Of a stretch of 64,000 bases of DNA, positions 1 to 14,500 are shown piece after piece. Location: the NCBI GenBank assembly GCA_047495785.1, contig JBLDXI010000013.1, positions 2,232,001 through 2,296,000 on the forward strand. The letters run 5' to 3'. This DNA is from Lepidodermella squamata (Eukaryota > Animalia > Gastrotricha). The number at the start of each line of letters is the position of its first letter. Within the stretch, counting starts at the first letter, position 1. A model generated the notes under the pieces. That model had not been told where the DNA came from. It made no database searches and worked only from the letters and a program-made list of their open reading frames with translations. The translations under genes and the position numbers were made by a program.

Positions 1-3000
1 GGTACGATTTCCCGACTCTTAATCCTCCCAACAAGAATTTCTTATTATTGTATAGATGACGGAAGCGACGAAAGACAATGCGGAGGAACTGGAAGAGGGT
101 GAGATTTTTCAGACTAGAGAAATGCGTCTTTGTTGGGAAGAGATCGCTGTCAAGATTTTTCCATGAAATCCGTAATTTTGGATAGCGATTTCCTATACAA
201 AGTTTCATCCTTTATCCTCCATGGCATGTGATGGAATTATAAAGCCTACCGTTGGGTTTAGGGGACGGCTGACGGCAAGCGATCAGGAACCAGCAGTTCC
301 GTATATTATTGAGCTTCAATAAGCGATTCGTTTATTATCGAGGATTTCATTATTTTCTTTGAAGGCCTATGGTTACAAACGCTTGCCTAAGCGGTCAATT
401 CGTATGCAGTAACCAGCGTTGCATCTCTAACTTGTTAGTATGTGACCGGAATAACGATTGCGGAGACAACAGTGTATGTAAAATAATCATTACCAAGCTT
501 TATCTTAGTATGCCCCTATAGGATGAAATCAGTTGTGGTTCTTACTACTCCGCAACTTGTGGCGAAGATGGGTACCAATGCAACAATGGAAAATGTGTCC
601 TTTCCTCTGATCTGTGTGACGGAACGAACGATTGCAGTGAGATTTCTTTTCGAATTTCCAACTTCCAACGGCAAATATGTTTGTATTGCGTAGTTGATAA
701 TAGCGACGAAAGCATCTGCAGCTTTCTGCCGGGTAGCAATCAGGTCATAATAACAACGCAGTCTCCAATCCTAGAGCCACCGAGCAGAGCGTTATGCCTA
801 CCGGGTTATAGGCGCTGTGCTAATAGTCGATGCATTCTTGGTAGGTTTTTCCTTTACTAGGTTATTTTTGACATCGAAATCTCACAAACCAGATTGCTTT
901 TTTAAGATTACCAATTTTGTGATGGTTCGAACGACTGCGGTAGGCAAAAATTACATTGCTTTTCTATGTTTTATCTTATCATCGTGTGTAAGGTGACCAA
1001 TCTGATGAGGATCCTGCTGTTTGCTCTACTTGCCCGGGCGATCGTTTTCATTGTCAAAACAACAAGTGTATAGCCGTAGCGTAAGCTTCCAGGCGATTGA
1101 AAATCCGCTCTGAAAGTTCTCCTGTATCTTAAGATACCTTTGCGACGGAATAAACCAGTGCGGCGATGGCAGTGACGAAGCTGCAGCGCTATGCCAAAAA
1201 TGCAGTTTGGCTGATAATATGTGGAAGTGCAAGAAGTCAAACAAGTGCATCCATGTCACTTTGCTGTGCTCGAACGGAGGTGGCTACTGCGGAATAATGG
1301 ACAACTCCGATGATTCGGCTGAAGCATGCGTGGTCGCAGCTGCATACGCGGCCGGAATTTCAAATGTCTGCCCGGAAGGTAAAATCCGCTGTAAAACGAA
1401 TTCCATTTGCGTCGACGTTAAAGATCTTTGTAATGGCGTATCTGAATGCTGCTCGTCATCATCGTCTTCCATGTACAGTGATTACGATGATTACGGACTT
1501 TTCGGAAGTCGAAATTTGGTAACCCTCGAGAACGATACACATATGGGATTTTGCGAAAAGACTGATGAAATAGGGTGTCTAAAGGACGCCTCATGCAGTG
1601 TGAACAACGGAGGTTGTGCCCGGAAGTGTTACTCCGTCGAACTGCCTCCAGAGCCAACTTTATGCGATGGAATGAAGAAATCTCAATCTGCCATTTACTG
1701 CGGCTGCCCTCAAGGCTATGAACGTCCGGCTGACAATCTGAAGCAATGCGTCGACATCGACGAGTGCAAGCAACCACTCGCTCACAATTGCTCCCATTTG
1801 TGCCAAAATACGGAGGGATCATTCAACTGCCTATGCCAAGAGGGCTATTCAAAGCCGAACAAAACAACCAACATGCAGGTTGACCTAGCAGCCTTAAATA
1901 AGGGGCTCTGCGAGGTCACTGGCGACTCTTCTGTTCCTGATATAGCTTACGTCAACGATGATACCATCCGCCTCTTGCGGAATAAAAAAGCCAGTATCCT
2001 CGTTCAAACCAGCTTGGAAAACCAAATAACCGCAATGGATATTGATGTGAGAGATGGAACTGTAATCTACGCTATTCAAACTGTGAATGAACTCGACGTT
2101 GTTACGTCTGTTCTATATCGAACTTCAATTCCTGTTAATAACCAACAACCACCTTCCTTCCCTTTATCAATGGTTGGTATATCATACGCGAAGATCGTCG
2201 ATATCGCTATCGATTTCTTGGGTAACAATCTATACGTTGCGGATATTGATTTTCGATCTGCTTCTCGAATCGTTGTGTCATTAGTCGATGGTCGGTACCC
2301 TAAGACCTTGATAAGAAGCAGCTCGGAAATAACGAGTATAGCCGTTAATCCTTTCCGTTCTGTGATTTATTACGCAACATTCGGAGTCGCTCCATCCGCT
2401 ACTACAACCTCGACTTACACATCACGTCAAACCTCCTTAATCATGACTTCGATGAATGGCAACCGCTTTTCCAATGTTGAAATATGGAGTGCAGTGGATG
2501 ATCTGGCCATTCAAACAATTACTGTCGATTATATGGGCGATGGCAGGATCTACTTCGCTCGCACTTCCTACCTGACTGTGGCGAACTGGGACGGTTCGGG
2601 AAATACAACGACTATCGGAAGAGTTATGCCTTATGGAGACCGGGCGTTCGATGTATTTTGGAGCTCGCTATTTGGATCCTTTTCAACTCTTTACGCGCCG
2701 AACCCTGGTAGTGGGAAGATATACCAGGTCGAGAAGTTCGGGAGACCTTTCACAGTTAATTTGACCTCCGAAATAGGAGTAATAGGCAGCGTTCGAACTT
2801 ACCATCCAATGAAAGCTGGCAATCCCTCCAAATGGAAGAATCCTTGCCCAGCCCTGAAATGTAGCCATTTATGCTTACTGAGCTCAGTTACGAACAATGG
2901 CTCCTGTGCTTGCCCTGATGGATCCGCAGATCAAGCCAGTTGTACGGCGACAAAACTTAAGGAACCTGACCATCCTGCTTCTTGTTTTCAGCGGTGTTTA

Positions 3001-3348
3001 AATAACGGGACATGTATCTTAGATCAAGTCAGTGGTAATTATGTTTGCGTTTGCAACCGATTGTTTACTGGCCCGAATTGCAATACTTCTCGAGCATTGC
3101 TCGCCTTGCTCGCCAACAACACTCTCGCCGTTATCGCGCCTATTGGTTCGACCACGAGAAGTCCTGAGCAAAGAGATCCGCCTGGTTCAAACCCTGCCCT
3201 GACTGCTGTGATTGTTATTGCAGCTATTCTGCTGGTATTGTTTATTGTTACTTTGGTCGGCGCCATTATTCTTTGGAAACGTCGCCATTCAGCTGCTTTG
3301 GCTTCATTCAACATGCAGGCTCTACAAGAAGCAACTGAGAACCGATGA
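1..3348 (+). CDS. LDL-receptor/LRP-like type I membrane protein, paralog 1 (5' end outside window; multi-exon)
   Basis: Short exons in 57-1200 encode LDLa repeats (e.g. CLSGQFVCSNQRCISNLLVCDRNNDCGDNS|DE). The long last exon (~1131-3348) encodes LDLa, EGF/cbEGF (CVDIDECKQPLAHNCSHLCQNTEGSFNCLC), a degenerate YWTD-type propeller (IAIDFLGNNLYVAD), two EGFs, a TM helix (ALTAVIVIAAILLVLFIVTLVGAIILW) and a ~23-aa tail. AATAAA follows at ~3378. Confidence 0.9.
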
Positions 3349-3790
3349 TTTATAGTTGCGCATTTTGTTTTCCTTGAAATAAATAATTCTATCCTTCACG
3401 AGACTTGTTCGGTTTTTGCAGAAAAAAGCCGAAAGGCAGGATTAAATGTTGCGAACGACAGGCAACATTTTCCCACCTAATCTTGCTTTTGCTTGTTGTT
3501 ATGAGAGATTACGGGCTGTAAGAGGCAGGTTCATTGAAATATGATACACGCATCTACGATACTCGTGAGGACTATGCGCGCCCTTAGAGCTCGAAATGCA
3601 CAAGGTGGATAATTAAAAATTGATTTTTTTTTGTAAAGAAGCGCGTTGAGCACTCGAAATTCACGTCTTGCCAAGTCCTAGAAATAAAGCGTCTTTCTAA
3701 CGTCAAGCCGCTATTAATCTTCATATAAATAGCATCCATCGCCATTTTAGGTTAAATGTCGCTACGAGATCTTTTGAAGCAAAGATAGCA

Positions 3791-6700
3791 ATGCAAAGAA
3801 GCAGATCTAGCCGGAAGAACACGAGGTAAAGAGTACTGAAGCACTTTGAAAGATGCATGTGTAATTAATTCCAACAGGTTTACAACTCAATTCTGTCCGA
3901 AACCTATCAAAAACTATTTCCACCGCGAAGAAGACACTGCATCGTTCTTGGATATTTTGAAGAGAGCATGCGAGACCGATTCAGGTGAACACATTTCATT
4001 CGCATTTATTCACCGGGCTAATACGGTTTTAATAGGATGCATTTTGGTTCAAGGAGAAAGTGGATCCGGAAAGACCACCTTGATTTCAGCCATTCTAGCG
4101 GATCAACAAATCACAGCATGGATTTTGAAAGATTGCGGCATTGAAAAAGCATTTTGGTTCAACTGCTTGTCGGGTGTTGATATTATTGAACAAGGAAAGC
4201 TGCTTTCCGAGAGGAGCAGGCGTGGTTCAAGCCGCCCCAAGAGCTCATCGAGGAATAGTTCACGGTCCTTGAAAACTTCGTCAGTATCTCGGCGATTGCT
4301 GATACTCGATGACATTACAAGCGTTGAGCAGCTCAAATACTATGATACCATATGCAAAGGAGCTGTTTTGTGTGCAATAACCCGAGATGCAAAGCCGTTT
4401 CACGAGAGTGGAGCCGCCTTACCACAGCTAACTCATCGCTTGACTGATCTACCTCATACTGCAATTGTTTGCATATTGTCTGAAACATTCAGCCTGAAAC
4501 CTCATTTATCATGCGAGCAACTGTTTTTCCTCGCGCATCAGTGTCATCAAGCGCCTATTCTTGCTCGATTGATTGCCAAGTTATTCAGCAGTTGCGTAAC
4601 GAAAGATGACTTCGAGCAGAAGTACAACAAACTCGTCTGTGAATTACCGATTGAAGTGAATGGAATCTCGCACTCAACAAATGACCGGATTGTGAGGAAA
4701 GTCTCTGCTTTGCTCGGAATAACTTTGAGCCAGATGCCAGCAGCAGAAAGCGCATATTTTTACGCGTTAATTTTCTACGATCCAGCTGAACAAATTACGA
4801 TTAATGACATCGCCTTATTTTGGGGTCATTCAGTAGAATCCGGGCTGGAATTATGCAACAAGTTCGAAAAATTAGGCCTGATTGATGTAGTCGGAGACTT
4901 AATCTCTATTCATCAAGCTATTCATAATGCTGCGATAGAACATGCGAAAACTGTCTTCAATGAAACGGCAATCGAAGATGGACCGATGTTGGCGTTGATT
5001 CACCGTAAAGTTATCGCTAACAAACCAGATATGGCTGCAGATCGATTAGCTTTGAGGTGCTTGAAGCAATGTTCATGGAATCTGCTGGATCGCATTGAGA
5101 AAGCTTTCCAGCCCAACATTTCCGACTTCATACTCAGGTGTCACAACACCTTACAAGCAACAGATTTCTTAGCGGATGCGAATGGTCGATCGGCGTTGAC
5201 GTGGGCGATAGATCGGGGCGATTTCGACTCTGCTTTGATCCTCGGGCAATCCGCTCCTCACCTAATTAAAACTGTATGCCTCAAGAATGAGACCCCACTG
5301 GTAAAACTAGCTGAATTAAAGAAGTTCGCGTTACTCAAACGACTTCTAGAATTCTGCCCTGAAGCCGCTAATGTTGATGGCGGCGCTTTGATATCTGCCT
5401 TGATTGCGTCTAATCGCGCGGACCTCCTTCGCATCTGCTACCAAGACCCAAAATGCAATGAAGGGCCTATTTCCAAGTGCAGCGGGCAGGTTTTGTGCTA
5501 TGCCGTCCTCTACCGCCATTTCGAGCTTGCTAGAGTAGCCGCTAAGCGCTTCCCTGACTCGATTGTTTTCTACGACAAAGAGAACAAAACCCCCATGTAC
5601 AAAGCTGCCGCGAAAGCTGTGGTGCACCCAACGAAGAACGAAGTTGTCGACAACGGCTGTTTCGAAATTTTCAACGTCTTTGCTATGCTAAAACCAGATG
5701 CTATGGCTTATTTGAGCCACTGTTCTGAGCTTGAACTAGACGATTGTTTAAGAACTCCCATTCACTCGCTGCTGATCGAGGGCAACTTGAATGACAAGTC
5801 GCTGCTATATTTCGCCGGTAAATGCCCATCTGCTTGCAAAGTATCGAATGGGTTCACAAAGTCTCTGCTGATTTCTGCGATCGAGCAAAAACGGAATCAG
5901 CTCGTTGACAAGATTTTGGAACTTAGCCCTGAGGCTGCCATTACGAGATACCATTCAGATAAACTCTTTGAGAACCCTGAACGAGCTGTTGTCGAAAAAT
6001 ATCTTAAACACTATCCGTTCACTTTGGCGATCGATGAAGCTAATATTATGCTAACTATTCTGGATCGAGCATCGGATGACGATCTTGAACTAATCAAGCT
6101 ATGCCTGGAAAGATGCCCGGCCTCTTTGCCGTTATCTTGCGTCGATGTTTACTTAGATGCTGATAATCTGCCGACCAACATCTGGAACATGGCTTTCAAG
6201 TATTGTGAAGAAAAAAAGACACCAGCTGCTGGGCATGTTTTGCTACATTTGGTCGACAAGGCCTTTGAAGAGGGGCAAGCTGATTGGGATTTGGAAACTC
6301 CACTCTTTGCCGCCTTGCGATGTGGGGATTTCGATATCTTCAAAGCTTTAGTTCAAAAATATCCAAAAATGGCGCTTTGTCTCGATTCTAATGGCGACAG
6401 TGTATTGAGCCTGGCAATTAATAAGAAGTTATACGATGTTGTGAAATACATCTCGAGTACCATGACTCCTCTGTTCTTCTATTCAAACAAATTGGGACAA
6501 TCAGCTCTTCACGTTGCTGTGAGAACCAGCTGTTTAAAAATGGCCGAATACACTTTGAATCTAACTCCTCAAGCTGTGAGTCTGGTCGATAATAACGGAT
6601 GGACACCAGCTACCACCGCCTGTTATTACGGTTTCCTCGAAATTATGAAGCTTCTCTACGACAGGGATAGAAAATCTTTCCTGGCGAAAGACAAGACAAA

Positions 6701-9700
6701 TGGATTCTCCGCTTTGACTTTAGCTATAATGCAACAAACGGAAATCGAGGTTCTCGAATTTATAATCGAGAAATTTCCGTTTCTTGTCACATGTAGCGAC
6801 ATTACTGGAAGAACCCCTTTTGATTACGCAGCGATATACGGTGGTCCCGAAGTATTTATCGCTCTTCTCAACTCCAGACGAAAGCCAACCAATGAAATCC
6901 TCGAAAGTGCTCTAGCTACTTATCTACGTTGCCGGCAGTTTGATCGAAACAAACGGGAGGTTATCACTCTTCTGCTTGAAAGTATGAACAACTTCCGAAG
7001 TTTGGCTCTTCTTCGGAATCTTCACAAGCTAGGTAACCATCGTAAGATCTATCTAGGTATTGCGATCGAAAAATGCCCGAACTTTGTTAGTGATGCAATC
7101 GCACAATACCCAGAAGCTTTGGAGCCGCTCTTCAGATACCAGCTTGAATCATCAGGCATACATCAACGAATTAGCCTCTTTAACTGCAACTACATGAGCT
7201 TTTCCGTTCCATTGAGCACTCAGTATCCTGTGACGCATCACGACGATGTGAAGCAAGATTCAACAGAGGAATTAATCATTCAGGAAATGCTGCATAAATC
7301 CACTTTTCAGAAGGTGAAGAAACGGCGACAATCCACTGATCGAATTACAGTCAAGTCGGAGAGTACTCCTGACAGTGATTCAGAGAGCAGTAGCACCGAG
7401 AGCAGCCCTGTGCAGGAAGAGAGGCTAGATGAGCTTTACGAAATCGTGGAGGCTAATAATCAGCCGTCTGTAGAGCAGGGATTGATTTTCTGCGAGACTG
7501 TCTCGCGTATGATCAAAGCAATGTCAACGTTTCCACAGGAACTTCTGAATTTACCCAGAGTGTCTTGTAGATGTTACTCTCGGTCAGAAATTTCGCGGAT
7601 TCTTAAATACTCTGATCACTTTGGGCGAAATCCTTTTGAAAGAGTCTGCTTTAGTAAGCTCTTAGTAGCTATCCGATTGAACCACCTTGACGTTGTGGAG
7701 AAAATTGCGGAAGTTTGCCCTACAGTTATCCCTTTAACCAGCCCTTTCGGAGAAACGGCGTTATCTCTCGCAGTGGAAGGAAGTCGGAATGCAATCGCAA
7801 AATTCCTATCGAGCAAATGGCCTCAAGGCATCGATGTTGTTGAGAAAGTGCCTTCGAAGCTACCTCAAACGCCGTTGATGAAAGCCTGCTTGAAAAGAAA
7901 CAAACGCTTGGTTCAACATTTTCTGGCGCTACGACCCCCAGCCGAAGATGGAATAAGTCTTATTCTGTCAGCTTGCCTTAAGCTCTGCTCCAAAAGTGAC
8001 GAAACTCATTGGTTGGCAACTTTTCAAATTCTAGCTAAACACAGCCCACGTTCAATCGGTGAAGTGGTAAACTCGCGATCGGAGACGCCCCTTTACATGG
8101 CGACGAATAAGGGATTGCATCGAACAGCTCAGATTCTTGCTGATAGTTACCCGCAAGCTATTGGATTTGTCACCGATTCAGGTTCTTCGCCGTTTACCTG
8201 CGTTTTGACTTCGGATCATTCCTCAACAGCTCTGCGAAAAGCATTTTCCGCGCTGGTTTTGCACAATGGCTCAAATGGGTGGACTTTCCCGTGTTATTAT
8301 ACCTCTCTGTTGCTGAAAATGAAAGAAGGTGGAGACTTCGAGAAATTCATCAAATTCATCAACGAAAACGACGCGGAAATCAGACACAGTGATACGACCT
8401 GGCTTAAATCAACGAACAAGAGAGCTGAAGAAGAGTCGAATTCATTGGCTGACATTGCCAGATTTAGCGGCAAAACGCCTCTTTTGTGGTCGGCCCAGTT
8501 TGACAGGGCCGATATTGCGAAATCGTTACTTAAACTTTGGCCGCATTACTTCGACGCATCTGAACAAGACAAGCGTGGAAGGACGCCGCTATGGTGGGCT
8601 TCTTTTCGCGGTAATTATACCGCTGTCAGACTCTTTGCAAACCATTCACCGCAGACAATGGACGTCACTGACATTTACGGAAGGACTCCGATCTCGATAG
8701 CAGCTTCCAGGGGACATTTAGAGGTAACTTCAATGAAAAACTCGGCAGAATGCATTTCCAAATTTTTTAGATTGTTTCATTTTTGGCGAAAAATTGTTTG
8801 GAATCATTATCCATACAGGATAAGCTCAACAAATGGATTCCACTCGCATGGGCTTCAGCAGGCGGGAAGGCCGAGGTTGTTAATTATTTTCTTGACAATG
8901 TCGCAACCAGGTCGTTGATTTTGGACGATGACGTTAATGCTGCTATTCTATCAGCCGCGAAAAATGGACACTTCGAAATTGCGAGGACTTTAATCGAAGC
9001 CCACAGCATTGACGTTGATGTTTTCCCGAAAGATGGCCATCGAACTGCTCTTACTTACGCGGCCGAATATGGAGACTTCGAAGCTGTTAAATTCCTAGCT
9101 GATCGGTTCCCAGCTTGGACCTTGACAATCGACGACGAGGGCCGATCTCCACTTTCCTGGGCAGCAGAAAACGGCCATCTTGACATTGTCAAACTGCTAT
9201 ACGAACGATATCCTGAAGCGTTAACTTTTATCGACCAGCATCGTAAGACCGCTCTGATTTGGGCAACGATGAACGGCCATGTGGAAACAGCATTGTTTTT
9301 GATTGATTTGATTCAATCGGAAAAGTTCTTAGGCTTTTTTGACGACTACGGCCATTCAGCCTTGTCATGGGCATCAGTCTCTGGCCATATCGAGATTGTT
9401 AAAATTCTAGCTCTGAAGCACCCCAATCTGGCGAACTCTATCGATAAAAACGGACTGACTGCAGTCTGTTGGGCAGCTAAATCTGGACAGTTGGCTGTTC
9501 TTGACTGGTATATCGATAATTTCCCAAAGCAGGTGACTTCCTTATTCGCCTCGGATGGGAGGAATTCACTAACGCGTTGCGTGGAAACTGGCGAGATCGA
9601 GGCGGCAAAAATGATCGCTCGGCGCTGTCCTAGTTGTTTGGATGTCAAGGATAGAAAGGGTGAAACGGCGCTTACTATTGCAGTCAAAAACTTCCATTTC

Positions 9701-10885
9701 GATCTCGTTCACTTCATGGCTGATATCAGCCCCGGCGCTCTGGTACAATGCGACAAGATTGGCCGAAATCCTTTGCATCTTCTCATCGAGAATGGCTTCA
9801 TCGAGCATGTTGAAGTCTTGTCGAAGAAATGTCCCCAAGCGCTTCGGAGTCAGGATTCTATTCGTGGAATGACTCCGTTATGTCTTCTCATCGACAAATC
9901 ACCGCGACGTAATTCAAGGGGCAACTCAGTTCGAAAAATGTGGATGGATCTGGCCTTCTCTTTAGCGAAAATTCTCCCATCGGCGTTAAGCATATGTGAT
10001 AATATTGGAAGAAATCCAGCTTTAATCGCAGCAGAACAAGGATACCTCGAATTTGTCGAATTCTCCGCCTCACACCTACCGAAATCTGTTGTGATCATCG
10101 AAAAAACCGGAAACAGCGTTTTGTCGTTCGCTTCCATGACGATTGCAAGCACACCAAAGAGTCAGCTTGATAAAATCCCGGAAAAGCTAGTGGAAATAGC
10201 CAACCTCTGCCCTGAGCTAGTTAAAAACAAAAACGAGGACGGCGAAACACCGCTGACAAAGCTGTTGAAGTTCACACACATTCAGAGACCTCGGAAGTCT
10301 TATTCGGAAGATTTGATGGATAAGTGCATGACTTTAGCAACTAAGTTTGCCGAAGTGTGCCCGGAAGCATTGGAAGTCCCTGATTCAAACGGACTAACCC
10401 CTGCAATGATTGTGGCAACTACCAATCCGTTTTACCAAAGCTACGGGGCATGCTTCAGTGGATTTCCTGAACATTACTTCTATCGCATGAAATTTCAGGA
10501 GGAGAAAATTCGAACCATGCAGCCTTTTATTGGAAATTCAGCTGCCAAGTCGCAGGTCTTACTCTGGTCAGCTGAATTTGGCTTCGATTTGATTATATCA
10601 TTTCTCTGTGAGAAATGTAGCGCAGACGCTAACATTTTCGACGAGTTCGGAAGAAGTCCTATTTGGTTGGCAGCAGCTGGGGGTCATCTTTTCACCGTTC
10701 AATATCTGTTCAAGAGGACGTCTAGTTCAACTCTCAACACGCCGGATTGGATGGGGCGAACTCCCTTCAGGATCGCAGAAAATTGCAGATATCGAGATAT
10801 CGTGGCTTATTTGGCTGGAGACAAACCGCTGAGCTACGACTTGAAATTGAAGCGCTTGTCATTTGTTAAACAGGATGAAAAATAA
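3791..10885 (+). CDS. NB-ARC/STAND P-loop NTPase with very long C-terminal ankyrin-repeat array (~2300 aa; NLR/Apaf-1-like architecture)
   Basis: ATG 3791; introns ~3826-3878, ~3985-4035 (in-frame) and ~8723-8770, the last joining the 1690-aa and 700-aa ORFs as GHLE|IVSFLAKNC. Motifs: FHRE (cf. FVGRE), Walker A GESGSGKT, Walker B LLILDDI, winged-helix-like IALFWG...LGLID...IHQ, then many ankyrin repeats (GRTPLWWASFRGN, GRSPLSWAAENGHLDIVKLL). Confidence 0.85.
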
Positions 10886-11546
10886 AGAAATAATAATAGT
10901 TTTTTTCACGCCAACTTCCAACGTTTTTTTGCCAACTTCCCAAGGACTAAAATGAATCATCGAGATTATCTCATTGATAGTTTCCTCTTGGAACACATCA
11001 TAATGATGTTAAGCTGACTAAGCTGTCATCGCCAACACGAGTTTCGAGTTTTTGTTATACTACGCCAAGCATGATGGCACATGATGATGCGCTTCGACCC
11101 CCGAAGTTTTTATTGCTTTACAATGCGCCCAACGCGGGAATGTAATACTACTTAGCCACACGTGAAACGCATGAAAATTCGCTGCTTGTGCTCTTGAAAG
11201 AGTACTTAAAAGCTGTACACTCGATTTTTTAAGCGCCCGCTGCTGCTGTTGCTGCAGCAATACATGTATAAAGACAAAGCGAAATCGCATTTCTTATCAA
11301 ACACCTTTTGTTTTACTTTTTAAGTGAAAAAAACTTGCCAGTCGCTAATATGCCGCATGGTATTGGCTTTATTGAAGGGTAACAATATTATATAGCAGCT
11401 AACCACTGCAGCGTCGACAGAGGTAATGTCGATGTTTCTTGAACTAAAAAAAGTAGCCATCAGTTGTACCAAACTTTTCAGCTTATTTTTTGTATCATCA
11501 ATGAAAAATGTTGCTTTTAAAATTAAGTAGGCCATCCTACTTAAAA

Positions 11547-14500
11547 ATGAAGCTTCACGGATCCTGCGCACTACTACTTGTAGCCCTGAGTCTTGAATTG
11601 GCAAATGCTCAAATAAGTAAATGATTCCTAATAACACCCGGCGGCATCTGATATTGACAAATTTCATGTTAAGGTACTGTGGCTCCCGCAGTGCCTCCTG
11701 CTGCACCACCAGCTAATCCTAATGGGACAATGACAATCATCGCTGAACCTTCGAATTGGATCAACTACGGCATTAGTACAACCGTTACTTTCTCTTTCAC
11801 CCCTGCTTGTCCTGGAATATCAGTCTACACTGTTAACGCATTTTCGAGAGCAGCTTGTGTGTTAGGACCGGCATGCCCTTATCCTACAGCATTTGCCGGG
11901 ACAACATCTGTCGCTGACCCCATCGGCGCTAATATCAAAGTTTTCAACGTTTCCACCTCAACAAATGGTTTCTACTATGGCCTATGTACTTCTAATAACC
12001 GGACATATACCACATCAACGTCGTGGGGAGTCAATAACTTGGTAATTGGTGTCAATCCTAGAATTGTGAAGATAAGAGCGACCCAAGGATATTACCTGTC
12101 AACTTCTTACAATCTTACTCGGCTGCCTGGTGCTAATGGCACCGATCAATTTATTTACTACGGAAGCATTCCTATGACTAGCTACGAATCAGCTAATCTG
12201 ATGTTTGGCGTTGGACGAGGCTTACATCCTGACGCTCCTATAGCCTCTGCATCATGGTTTTCATCAAGCCTTGCAACTAATCCGAATTTTACTTTCACCG
12301 TACCAGATTTTGATTATCTAGCCGGAGGTTACTCGTTCGTAAGAAAGTCACCGTCACTGACTCAGATCTTTAGGTGGGCAAATGTTAAAAGTGATTCAAC
12401 GAACTATTAAACTATTTCCGTTTCAGTGAAGTTACTCCAGTTGGCGAATGGATTGGTTACACAATCAGTAAAACAGACTTAGCAGCGAGAAAATTGTGTT
12501 CGGTCGAAGGTCGAGCCGTCGCATCTTTAAGAGGAGCGCCTCAAAGTGACAACGTTTCGTTCCGTGTTGAGTTCAGCTACGGTTTGACTATTGGTTCGAT
12601 TACTTCGGATCGAAGTAGCAGCACCGACGGGCAATGCACCTGTCTCTTCACTTGCAACACGAACTCTTGCAATCCTCCCGTCACGGCTGCTCGGTCGGAG
12701 TGGGCAATTTTCGACAATTCCTCCTACACTTACTCATCTGCGGTAACATTATTTATTGCTGCTCAGACAGCTTGCCAAAACTTTTGGAATTTCAGATCTC
12801 TTATAAGCCTGGGAATGTTCCTGGGCGGCCTGATCAGTTTCAATTAAGCGCAACTGAGTGTCAATCTAATTTCCGACTCGCGAGACTGAGCCCTCGCAAC
12901 TATGTGATACGGTGTCGTATCTACAGTAACAATGTGGCATCATCATCGTTTGCGCCAAGCTCGGACTTTCAAACCACAATGTGGGATATATTAAGACCAT
13001 GCGGCCAGGGTGAATTCTTCTGCCGCTCAACGAAAGCGTGCATCCCTGGACAGTTACAATGCAACGGCGTTAAAGATTGCCTGGATGGCACAGATGAAGC
13101 TAACTGCACGATTGGCGCTTGTCGTATCGGTGAATTTCAGTGCCCAAGTTCCAACGAATGCATACCGACTATGAGGCTGTGTGATGGAACAACGGATTGC
13201 CTGGATCGGTCGGACGAAGCTAATTGCACCCAAGCTCTAACGCCGTGTTCCACTGGTTTCTACAGGTGTTCGAACAGGCGCTGCGTCCGCGGCCGCTATG
13301 TTTGCGACGGAGACAATGACTGTGGCGATAGAAGTAAAATAATTCAATATTCTATTGCGAAATCTTTTTTTAAATTACAAAATTTATTAAGGCGGCAGGA
13401 TAAAGATTTTTTGATTAATTCCTTTACTTTATTCAGGTGAGGAACAGCGATGTGGGGGATTCGGTTTCATCTCTAGATGTTCTTCTGGCGAGTTTGTCTG
13501 TAGCAATGGCAACTGCGTCAACCGAATCAACATGTGCGATGCCATAAACCACTGCGGTGACAACTCTGACGAAGCCAACTGCGGTAACTATTACTCCCCA
13601 GCTTGCGGAACCGACTACTGGCAGTGTGCCAATGGTCGATGCGCTATGTCTTACGACTTGTGCGATGGAAGTGACGATTGCGGCGATAACTCGGATGAAG
13701 CTAACTGCATCGGCTCTTCATTAATCTTCGGCGGATCGTCTACTACAACCCTTGCAAGTCCGGGAAATGTCGTTTTTGCCAACAACTGCAGCTTGGGTTA
13801 CTTTCAATGTACCAACGGAAGATGCACATCTGAGTCGAACCTGTGCGATGGCGATAATGATTGCGGAGATTATTCGGATGAGAGCCCAACAACATGCGCT
13901 ACATGTCCTACCGGTCGCTTCCGCTGCAATAACGGCAGATGCGTTAACCAGAATTACGTTTGCGATGGCGATAACGACTGCCGAGATGGGTCTGACGAAG
14001 CGCCTCAAGTTTGCGCGGCTTGCGATTCCATGTTGGGCATGTGGCGGTGTAAAGTCTCTGGCAGGTGCATTTCAGTATCCAGAGTTTGCGATACTGTCGC
14101 CAGCTGCGGAACAGGAGATACTTCAGATGAAACCCCAGATGCTTGCGCCTTCGCACAGAGCCAGGTTTCGAGACGACCGGCCTGCCCGCCAAATACGTAC
14201 AAATGCGCTTCGAACAGCGTTTGCGTGCCTTATACCTCACTCTGTAATGGAGTCAGCGACTGTTGCCCTCGAATAACCAGTCTTTATTCTTACGTCTTCG
14301 TACCTGAAAATGACACGCATTATGGAGATTGCGAGAAGACGGACGAAATAGGATGTATTCGAAACACGACTTGTTCTCAGAATAATGGAGGTTGTGAATC
14401 TACTTGCATCGCCGTTTCCATACCGGCTGAGCCAAGCGTTTGTGGTGGTCTAACTCCGTCTGGAGAAGCGGCTTTCTGTGCTTGCCAACCAGGTTTTCGG

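Noticed and set aside
8723-8918. Apparent frameshift or overlap between the 1690-aa and 700-aa ankyrin ORFs
   Set aside because: A GT-AG intron (~8723-8770) joins them in frame into one gene.
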